A stretch of DNA of 64,000 nt from Octopus sinensis (taxonomy: Eukaryota), in NCBI RefSeq assembly GCF_006345805.1, contig NC_042998.1, forward strand, positions 25,420,001-25,484,000. Direction: 5' to 3'. Of this stretch, positions 53,320 to 64,000 are shown piece after piece (the first letter of the stretch is position 1; each line of letters starts with the position of its first letter). The notes under the pieces were generated by a model. The model made no database searches. It saw nothing but the letters and a program-made list of their open reading frames with translations, and had not been told where the DNA came from. A program made the position numbers and the translations under genes.

Positions 53320-54761
53320 AAACCTCAAAATGGCAAAAATTCAAAAGATAGTGCTCATGGGAACTGCTCATATCCTACACAAAATACTTTCTATGTAATC
53401 TCAAGGTTTAAAACAAACATACTTTTCGGTTTTCCTTTTTTTTTCTTTTTCTTTTTCTTTTTTTTTAGACATTCACTAGTACAACACCAAAAAAAAATAT
53501 ATATATATGGCACACTAGGCATAACAACAACGTGAACTTCCAACCTGTTGTCTCTTGAGGTCTCTGGGTGAGACTTGGAGCCAACTTGTACAAATATAAA
53601 GCAAAAGTCAACATAGAATAATAATAATAATAATAATAATAATATAATAATAATAATATAATAATAATAAAAGTAGAAGAAGAAGAAGAAGAAGAAGAAG
53701 AAGAAGAAGAAGAAGAAGAAGAGTGAAGAATACCTTAGGAATGAGAACCCAAGTTCAAAATTTCCCCAAGACACCTGATGAAGGCTGGAGGGTATATCAG
53801 CTGAAATGTGTTAACAACAACAAGATGAAGACAAATATCCGTTAAATGTAAATAATGTAAGATGTCTTTCATCATCCACTGACTTGTTCTCTTATCTCTG
53901 TCAGTCACAGCATTTTAGTTCCATTCTCTTTTGTGATGTTCTTTGTATTCCTGCACATACTTATTTCAAAATTATGTGTACAAATTTATATTTCAATCAG
54001 TCACAACTTAATCTTTAAAACATTAAAACTAGTTTTTCTTTTTTTTTATATATATAAATATATTTAAAAAGTTAGCTTCATTTTATACATGACAAACAAG
54101 GAGTATTTTCAAATAACAATGTGAGAAGCCAAGCATTTTGCTCAGCATCCTAACAATTCTGCCAACTCACCACTTTAATAATAATAATATAATAATAATA
54201 ATAATAATAATATATAATAATAATATAATAATAATAATAAATAATAATAATAATAAGAAGAAGAAGAAGAAGAAGAGAAGAAGAAGAAGAAGAAGAAGAA
54301 GAAGAAGAGTGAAGAATACCTTAGGAATGAGAACCCAAGTTCAAAATTTCCCCAAGACACCTGATGAAGGCTGGAGGGTATATCAGCTGAAATGTGTTAA
54401 CAACAAACAAGATGAAGACAAATATCCGTTAAATGTAAATAAGGTAAGATGTCTTTCATCATCCACTGACTTGTTCTCTTATCTCTGTCAGTCACAGCAT
54501 TTTAGTTCCATTCTCTTTTGTGATGTTCTTTGTATTCCTGCACATACTTATTTCAAAATTATGTGTACAAATTTATATTTCAATCAGTCACAACTTAATC
54601 TTTAAAACATTAAAACTAGTTTTTCTTTTTTTTTATATATATAAATATATTTAAAAAGTTAGCTTCATTTTATACATGACAAACAAGGAGTATTTTCAAA
54701 TAACAATGTGAGAAGCCAAGCATTTTGCTCAGCATCCTAACAATTCTGCCAACTCACCACT

Positions 54762-54809
<48 letters not shown>

Positions 54810-55689
54810 GAAACCCCAAAATGACGGAAATTCAAAAGATAGTGCTCATGGGAACTGCTCATATCCTACGCAAAATACTTTCTATCTAATCTCCAGGTTT
54901 AAAACAAACATACTTTTTGGTTTTCCTTTTTTTAATTTTTTATTTATTTATGTATTTTTTTAGACATTCACTAGTACAACACCAAAAAAATATATATATA
55001 TGGCACACTAGGCATAACAACAACATAAACTTCCAACCTGTTGTCTCTTGAGGTCTCTGGGTGAGACTTGGAGCCAACTTGTACAAATATAAAGCAAAAG
55101 TCAAACATAGAATAATAATAATAATATAATAATAATAATAATAATAATAAGAAGAAGAAGAGAAGAGAAGAAGAAGAAGAAGAAGAAGAAGAGAAGAGAA
55201 GAAGAAGAAAGAAGAAGAAGAAGAAGAAGAAGAGTGAAGAATACCTTAGGAATGAGAACCCAAGTTCAAAATTTCCCCAAGACACCTGATGAAGGCTGGA
55301 GGGTATATCAGCCGAAACGTTGTATTAACAACAAACAAGATGAAGACAAATATCCATCAAATGTAAATAATGTAAGATGTCTTTCATCTTCCACTGACTT
55401 GTTCTCTTATCTCTGTCAGTCACAGCATTTTAGTTCCATTCTCTTTTGTGATGTTCTTTGTATTCCTGCACATACTTATTTCAAAATTATGTGTACAAAT
55501 CTATATTTCAATCAGTCACAGCTTAATCTTTAAAACATTAAAACTAGTTTTGTTTTTATATATATAAAAATATATTTAAAAAGTTAGCTTCATTTTATAC
55601 ATGACAAACAAAGAGTATTTTCAAATAACTGTGTGAGAAGCCAAAAATGGATAATCACAGCACTTCCAGTAATTTCTTTCTTAATATCG

Positions 55690-55894
55690 GTGTTTCAAAT
55701 TTTGGCACAAAGCCAGCAATTTTAGGTGGAGAAGGTAAGTTGATTGCATTAATCCCAATGTTCAACTGAAAATTATTTTATCAACCCTGAAAGTATAAAA
55801 AGTGGTCATCCTTAGTGGAATTTGAACTCAGAACATAGAGACAGACAAAGCATTTTGCTCAGCATCCTAGCAATTCTGCCAGCTCGCCACCTTG

Positions 55895-55940
<46 letters not shown>

Positions 55941-55968
55941 CAACAACAACAACAACAATAATAATAAC

Positions 55969-56026
<58 letters not shown>

Positions 56027-56225
56027 GCAATAATTATAATGATAATAATAATAATAATAATGGTTTCAAATTTTGGCAGAAGGCCATCAAGTTCAGAGGA
56101 AGGAGTCAAAATGGATGAAAGGCAAAGTTGACCTTGGCAGCATTTGAACTCAGAACATAGAGACAGACGAAATACCACTAAGTATTTCGCCCAGCATGCT
56201 AACAATTCTGTCAGCTCACTGCCTT
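55690..56225 (-). mobile_element. Two SINE B variants with an alternative tail, separated by (AAT/AAC)n
   Basis: The B head and body are joined to a tttcaaattttggcaca-type terminus. Also at about 50060-50200, 61130-61345 and 61364-61895 (split by SINE C). Confidence 0.65.
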
Positions 56226-56285
56226 TACTCTTATCTCAATATTAAATTCTATCTAAAGGTGATGAGATGCCAGAATGATACATGT

Positions 56286-56373
<88 letters not shown>

Positions 56374-57118
56374 ATGTGCACATTTGTGTCTGTGTTTGTC
56401 CCACCCACCACCAATTTTTGATAACTGATGTTGGTGTGTTTACATCACCCTGTGATCCAGCAGTTCGACAAACGAGACCAATAAAAAACAAGAACCAGGG
56501 TCTAAAAAAAAAAAGTAAGCACTGGAATTGAATCAGTCAACTAAAAATTCTTCAAGGTGACTGAAACAAATAAAGGAACCAAAGAAGAAAACAGTATAAT
56601 TCTATAGTAATATGGTAACAAAAGGGTTAATGAAATGTGGGTCATTCAAAGCACACTGAAATATTGTGGCCCTAGAGTGAACTTCTAATAAAAAAAAAGA
56701 TGAGAGGTAGAGAGATAGAGCCCAATAGATCAACACTTAGATATGATCAAAAGATAAACAGTTTATAAACTAGAAACTGATTCTTTGAATATATATGTTA
56801 CAAAGATAAAAATTTTTTTTCCAAGCTATCTCTATTGATTTGTGGTGGTATGGTTTGAATTTGGAGTTGTCAGTTAAAATTGCATATAAATTATATATTA
56901 ATTTCAAAACTAAGCAATCGCTTGCCAGTCATCAAGCATAACCTCTGAGGTATTGTGACTTGAACAATTGTGAAAAAGATTTATTAGATGAAAATATCAA
57001 AGGCGAATGAATACATATAAAAGTATGATAATGACTGCTCTCGTTTTTTGTGCCGTATGTTCCAAGATATATTAAAGTACATTTCTGTTGCCTTTTTTCT
57101 AAAAGGTTACCTCTCCCG

Positions 57119-58093
57119 GAAATACCTATTTCCTTACTACCCACAAGGGGCTAAACACAGAGGGAACAAACAAGGACAGACAAACAGATTAAGTCGATTA
57201 TATTGACCTCAGTGCATAACTGGTACATATTTAATCGACCCCGAAAGGATGAAAGGCAAAGTCGACCTCAGTGGAATTTGAACTCAGAACGTAGTGGCAG
57301 ACGAAATACCTATTTCTTTACTACCCACAAGGGGCTAATCATAGAGGGGACAAACAAGGACAGACAAATGGATTAAGTCGATTATATCGACCCCAGTGCG
57401 TAACTGGTACTTATTTAATCGACCCCAAAAGGATGAAAGGCAAAGTCGATCTCGGCGGAATTTGAACTCAGAACGTAGCAGCAGATGAAATACCTATTTC
57501 TTTACTACCCACAAGGGGCTAAATACAGAGGGAACAAACAAGGACAGACAAACAGATTAAGTCGATTATATCAATCCCGGTGTGTAACAGGTACTTATTT
57601 AATCGACCCTGAAAGGATGAAAGGCAAAGTCGATCTCGGTGGAATTTAAACTCAGAACGTAGCGGCAGATGAAATACCTATCTCTTTACTATCCACAAGG
57701 TGCTAAACACAGAGTGGACAAACAAGGACAGACAAACGGATTAAGTCGATTATATTGACCCCAGTGCGTAACTGGTACTTATTTAATCGACCCCGAAAAG
57801 GATACAAGGCAAAGTCGACATCGGTGGAATTTGAACTCAGAACGTAGTGGCAGACAAAATAACTATTTCTTTACTGCCCACAAGGGGCTAAACATAGAGA
57901 GGACAAACAAGGACAGACAAATGGATTAAGTCAATTATATTGACCTTAGTGTGTAACTGGTACTTATTTAATCAACCCCGAAAGGATGAAAGGCAAAGTC
58001 GACCTCGGCAGAATTTGAACTCAGAACGTAGTGGCAGATGAACTACCACTAAGCATTTTGCCCTGTGTGCTAACATTTCTGCCAGCTCGCCGC
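57119..58093 (-). mobile_element. SINE B head-to-tail pentamer
   Basis: One head (58041-58093) plus five units with periods 184, 184, 184, 185, 184 bp (anchors 57119, 57303, 57487, 57671, 57856, 58040). Confidence 0.92.
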
Positions 58094-58987
58094 ACTTCCC
58101 CCTGAAATACCTAAGAGTATTCCCAGAAGTACTGGTATGTTTTTCTGACAGCCAGATGAACTGTATGGAAGTCAAAACATGGTGTAGAACAGTATAGGTC
58201 AAAGGTGTGTTGTGAGTTGAGCCTGTCAGTGCACACCGAAATGGAATAGTTTGACAGAGAATACAATGAGACGCCTGCAGTAGATACGAAATCATATCAT
58301 ATTGGCCAGCAGTATAATATACATTTACACATTTTTCATCTTTTAATTTTAACTATCTTTTATGAAAGTTTTATTAATAAATGTTTTATGGTTTTCTATT
58401 TGGAGGCAAATTTAGCAATAATACTTAAAATGTTACTGGTAAATTAATACAAACATTTCAATTTGATACTTTATTAAATCTTATATTTTATTATGATATT
58501 CATGAAAAGATAAATCTATGGTCAAGAATTCTCATAATAAATGTAGGAATTAATCTATAGACGAAAGTGATGCTATGTCAGTCACTAGCTTATAGCTTAT
58601 GCAGAGATTTTAACATATGCAAGCTCTTCTACCAAAATAGAGATATTAAACTTGGTTGAGCAATGGAATTAATTTTATGAAATGCCTATTTCGTGTATTG
58701 ATATTGTTTCCCCTTTTCCTGTTGAACCATATTCTATTCAGTATAAGTTGTGTGGCATAAAGGATCTTTATTGATCTGAAGACAGAAAGGAAAGCAGATT
58801 ATAAGAAGAAATATAGAAGTATTATAAGGTTACATCAAAATATTATCCTCTTTTGTTCCTTTTTCTTTTCACATCAAAATTACATTTTGAATGGCATTCC
58901 ATTTAAGCATTATTACGTGGCATATGTTTACATATATTAAAGACTACGTAACATTTACTTCTCTGTATTTTTTGTCTGTAATATTCA

Positions 58988-59382
58988 ACTAGCAGTACCG
59001 CCCAGCATTGCTCAGATTTGTTTCGACCCTTTAGAATTGGAATTTTTGAAAAGTAAAAATTTTACATTATGTAGCTTGTTATTCACTTTAAGTGAACTTT
59101 TTTTCTGGTTGAAATACACCAAAAAATGGCAACACAGCAGTCAAAATATCATTAAAAATAGGGCTTTTCATAGATAAAAAGCACCTTTTTGATGTAAATA
59201 ATTTTTGGTGTTAACATGGTCCGATTTGAATTTTTTTCTTCTACAGAAGGAAGAGCAAGCCTTCTTCTATCATCCTCTCAGTTTTAGTCAACTTGCACCG
59301 CAGGGTCTCGGAGGGGATAGTGTTAGTTGAAGGCTACCAAACCTGCCATACACAGACAACTTAACTTTATATATAGAGAGAT
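58988..59382 (+). mobile_element. Probable Helentron-associated non-autonomous element (DINE-1/HINE-like)
   Basis: Starts ACTAG followed by a short palindromic subterminal cccagcattgctcag and ends ctttatatatagagagat. No ORF. Confidence 0.55.
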
Positions 59383-59659
59383 TGTTTAAAGTAAAATGAC
59401 TCCCTGGTTAAGTTTAATGATCGATTAGTGGTTGCTGAGTTTTGGAGGGTATAAATTACATGTATGCAGTTTATTTATCGAAAATTCAAAATCAGAATCA
59501 TTGCAAAATGGATATTATAATGAATTCCTTTCATAGGCAAGGGAGAAGTTTATAAGACGAGATATCAGCCTATAGTATCTCACATGTATTAATAATATTG
59601 GTTTTGGTAGAGTGCAGCATAAATTGACCCCTGGAGGGATGTAAGGTAAATATGGTATG

Positions 59660-59778
59660 GCTTATGGTAATATCATGTTGAAAATACCAGTTCTCATCCA
59701 ATCACTAAAGTTAAACAATGTCAAGCCCAGTTAGTACTTAGATGGGTGACAGCCTGGGAAACCTAGGAACTGTAAGTA
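59660..59778 (+). pseudogene. 5S rRNA pseudogene (full length, decayed)
   Basis: gcttatggtaatatcatgttgaaaataccagttctcatccaatcactaaagttaaac..cccagttagtacttagatgggtgacagcctgggaa..ctgtaag aligns end to end with metazoan 5S, including the C-box region. Most differences are CpG-to-TpG/CpA changes. T-rich 3' flank. Confidence 0.88.
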
Positions 59779-59990
59779 GCTTTCTTTTATAAGTTGCAGA
59801 CACGGCTGTGGGGTTAAGGAGATTGCTTCTGAACTAAGCAGTCTTGGATTCAGTCTCACTGCATGGCACCTTGAGCAAGTGTCCGCTATAACCCCGGGCT
59901 AACAAATGGCTTGTAAGTCGATTTGGTAGACAGAGACAGAAACTGAAAGGAATCCCATCACACACATACACATCTATGTGTGTGTGTGTG

Positions 59991-60022
<32 letters not shown>

Positions 60023-60479
60023 TTAACCTGGCATGGGTCAGACAGTTTGATTGGAACTAGTAACTCTGAGAGCTGCACCAGACTCCAGTCTGATTTGGCA
60101 TGGTTTCTATGGCTGGATGCCCTTCCTAATGCCAAACACTCTGAGAGTGTAAATGGGTGCTTTTCCACCAATATATATGTGTATGTGGTGGTGGCGGTGG
60201 TGGGGGAGCAGTATTTATATATAACCATACCGCCATCACTGCTTGACAATATGTATTGCTTAGATCCCTTAATTTTACAGTTTGATTGAGCAGACTAACA
60301 GAAAAAGCAATAGGTTTTAAAATAAGTACTGGAATCAATTCGTTCAACTTAACTTTTAAAGGTGGTGCCCCAGCATGGGCTGCATTCCAATGAGTAGAAC
60401 AAGATAAAACATATTGTTTGAGCTTAGACTAATTCAAGTATTGCAAATTATGGTTATTCAAATACATAAGTACCATTCG

Positions 60480-60915
60480 AGTATGGGTTGATGCCAGTGT
60501 CATCTGACTGGCTCCCATGCAGGTGGCACGTAAAAAGCACCACCTGAACGTGGTCAATGCTAGTGTCCCCTACTGGCTTCCATGCCAGTGGCACATAAAA
60601 AACACCATCTGAACGTGGTCAATGCCAGTACCCACTGATTGGCTCCCATGTCAGGTGGCATGTAAAAAGCACCATCCAAAGGTGGTCAATGCCAGGCCTG
60701 CCTGACTGGCTCCCATGCCGGTGGAATGTTAAAAGCACCCACTACACTCTCGGAGTGGCCAGTGTTAGGAAGTGCATCCAGTCATAGTAATATTGCCAGA
60801 TCAGATTGGAGCCTAGTGCAGCCTCCTGGCTTGCCAGTCCTCAATCAAACCATCCAACCATCCAGCATGGAAAGTGGACATTAAACAATGATGATGATGA
60901 TGATGATAATGATGA
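60480..60915 (+). mobile_element. Family D copy with an internal VNTR of about 62 bp (four units)
   Basis: Repeats of gactggctcccatg..gtggcacgtaaaaagcacca.ctgaacgtggtcaatgccag precede the common terminus and (GAT)n. Confidence 0.8.
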
Positions 60916-61410
60916 AGATGTTGCCAGAATTTGAAAGCAACAAAATAAATGTACAAAAAAATTTGATTTCATTATCACATCTTAAGACTTCAAATAAGTT
61001 TTAATTAATGGAATATTCACTCACTTTGACTATCTTTACATATCGATAAATGGCTTTGTCTCTCTTTTTCAAAAGCAATACTCTTATTTTGGATGAGATA
61101 AAGAAAACTGTAATCATAGTTTCATTTAATATTGGTTTCAAATTTTGGCACCAGGCCAACAATTTTGGGGTGGAGGGTAAATCGATCGCACCAACCCCAG
61201 CATTCAACTGGGTGCTTATTCTATTGACCTCGAAAGGATGAAAGGCAAAGTTGACCTTTACAGAATTTGAACTCAGAACATAATGACAAACGAAATGATG
61301 CTAAACATTTGGTTGAACCATTAATGAGTCTGCTGGCTTGCAGCCCTTAGTTTCATTTAATATTGATTTCAAATTTTGGCAATTTCGGGGAAGGTGTTAA
61401 GTCGATTTGT

Positions 61411-61710
61411 GGAGGCACAATGGGCCAGTGTTTAGGGCAGTGGACTCGCGGTCGAAGGATCGCAGTTTCAATTCCAGACCAGGCGTTGTGTGTGTTTATT
61501 GAGCGAAAACACCTAAAAGCTCCACGGTTTTCTGGCAGGGGGTAGTGTTGTCCCCTGTTGTACTCTTTCGCCCCAACTTTCTCTCACTCTCTCTTCCTGT
61601 TTCTTGAGTAAAGCTGTGATGGACTGGCATCCCGTCCAGCTGGGGTGAACATATATGCCACAGAAACTGGGAAACCGGGCCCATGAGCCTGGCTAGGCTT
61701 GAAAAGGGCG
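61411..61710 (+). mobile_element. SINE family C, tail type 2 (V-like tail)
   Basis: Family C head and body joined to the same gatggactggc..ggaaaccgggcccatgagcctggctaggctt tail as the 12279 SINE. A related fragment lies at 8010-8200. Confidence 0.82.
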
Positions 61711-64000
61711 ACTTTTTTTTTTATCGTTAAGTCAATTACATCGACCCCAGTGTTCAACTGGTACTTATTTTATCTACCCCGAAAAGATGAAAAGCAAAGC
61801 CTACCTCAGCGGAATTTGAACTCAGAACACGAAGATAGATGGAATGGCACAAAGCACTTTGCCTGGTGTGGTAATGATTCTGTTAGCTCACCACTTTAGT
61901 TTCATTTAATATTATTGAACCAAAGACATTAGCATTTTATTTCTTCTCATAAATAATGATGAGCATGTATTCACGTCAATTATATTACATCTTATGATAT
62001 GTAATAAAATTCAGAAATATTATTCTTATATGCATATATTCCACAGATTTTATATTGAATAACTGTTTTTAAAGAAACTATCTTAGATAGGTTCTTCAGA
62101 AGACTGTAGATAATTAAAATAAATAAAAATATTGCTTTGATTTACTCAATCTATAATTCCATAAAAGAAAATACGATTTGCTAAATGACAATTAGAAATA
62201 TTTCCCAAGAGATGGAGAACATTTAAATTATTTGAAATACCATTTATAATGTCACAAGGGACATTTCCTTCAAATTTTCTTTTTCATATCATGGTTTCTC
62301 TTATTAATGTTGAACTATATTGAGCTCATTTAAATTCTGTTTCTGTTTCACATATGAATTGAAGATTAATTTTGAAGAAAACGGTTGTATTCGTTATCAG
62401 ACTATCACCAGCAGATTTTCACAGCAAACTTTGGGAGAGATGAAATGTTCCTGGTTTAACCCTGAACTTTAACTCACAGCCTTGCAAGATATTTTCATGA
62501 AGTTCACTTAAATCCATTGGCAAATGAAAAATCCAATACTTCTGTCATTCTTTTACTCTTTTACTTGTTTCAGTCATTTTGACTGTAGCCATGCTGGAGC
62601 ACTGCCTTTAGTTGAAAAAATCGACCCCAGGACTTATTCTTTGTAAGACTAATACTTTATTCTATCAGTCATTTTTGCCGAACTGCTAAGTTACAGGGGA
62701 CGTAAACACACCACCATCGGTTGTCAAGTGATGTTGGTGGGACAAACACAAACACATAAACACATACACACACATACATATACATATACATATACATATA
62801 TACGACAGGCTTCTTTCAGTTTCCGTCTACCAAATCCACTCACAAGGCTTTGGTCAGCCCGATGCTATAGCAGAAGACACTTGCCCAAAGTGCCACGCAG
62901 TAGGAATGAACCCGGAACCATGTGGTTGGTAAGCAAGCTACTTACCACACAGCCACTCCTGCGCCTATGGGTCATGGGTACAAAAAAAAAAAATTAATTC
63001 TAATTATTTTCCTTTTTCTTTTTTCTATAAATAATTAATATCTTTACATTCGTTGTCCATAAAACATTTTTTTTTCCTTCATTTGCATTCAGATTTGATA
63101 AGTATCATTCAAAACATATTGATTCTTAGAGTAAGTTTTAATACTTTCATTTATTGCTCAATGAATATCCAATTCCTACTTATATAACATCATACATATT
63201 CCAGCTGATAAGGCTTTAAAACAACCATCTGTTTCTTGCATCATCCATTAATAATATCTTTTGTTCTTCTGTTTTTATAAAAGAATTATAATAAATTATT
63301 TGATGTAAGATGACAGAATGACTCTTTGCCATTCTAATTATTCTATCAACACAATAGTATTCTTGACAGAAGAGAGGAAAACATAGAACTGTGATTTTTA
63401 GTGGTCTCATCATGATTTGTCTATTTTAACCTTCACTCTTGGTAGGGATTGCTATAGGCGAGCTGGCAGAAACGTTAGCACACCAGGCGAAATGTGTAGC
63501 CGTATTTCGTCTGCCATTACGTTCTGAGTTCAAATTCCGCCGAGGTCGACTTTGCCTTTCATCCTTTCAGGGTCGATAAATTAAGTACCAGTTTCGCACT
63601 GGGGTCGATATAATCGACTTAATACTTTGTCCTTGTTTGTCCCCTCTATGTTTAGCCCCTTGTGGGTAATAAAGAAGTATATAAAAGAAATTATTAGCTA
63701 TTTAGCCCAAGGTTGATTGTAATTAAGTATACTGAGGTCTAACCATGAATGTTACACTTTATTTTCAAATAATACATCAAGAACAACTATCTAAAGCAGT
63801 AGTTCCCAAACTTTTTCAGGCTACCACTCCCCTTGGTACCCAGGCCACATTCCTAACGCCCCCTCACCCTCCCCACTACAAATATAGACCACTTTCTAAA
63901 CAACTGTATTTCACAAATAAAACTTAAGCCTAATTAACCTATTAATATTTTTTGTTTTTACATCTATCACCCCATTTTGACCACCCCGTTATCATCCCAC

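Noticed and set aside
57119-58093. CRISPR-like regular array
   Set aside because: The whole 184-bp unit repeats with no unique spacers, there are no cas genes, and the context is eukaryotic SINE.

Overview
Eukaryotic, AT-rich and extremely repeat-dense DNA. The SINE set, (TA)n/(AAT)n/(CAT)n microsatellite load and LINE types point to a cephalopod, most likely Octopus (inference from pattern recognition, not a database match). I cannot support any intact host protein-coding gene; nearly all ORF-track entries are microsatellite or SINE read-throughs. The window holds dozens of tRNA-derived SINEs of at least four families, and decayed LINE fragments: R4/Dong-type RLE elements in (TAA)n tracts, two RTE-type pieces, a Tx1/L1 3' part and a CR1 3' end. 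It also holds two Penelope-like GIY-YIG fragments, an internally deleted mariner with TIRs and TA TSD, a probable Helentron-type non-autonomous element, and a decayed 5S rRNA copy. The most interesting signal is a set of minimal type-I hammerhead ribozyme (HHR) motifs, consensus CTGATGA-A-stemII-GAAA-CGT-H, in three unrelated short modules. One module appears to form a tRNA-head + (AAT)n + HHR-tail element later invaded by Dong retrotransposons (4661-7572). The same HHR module recurs in each unit of a composite tandem array (52012-55645).
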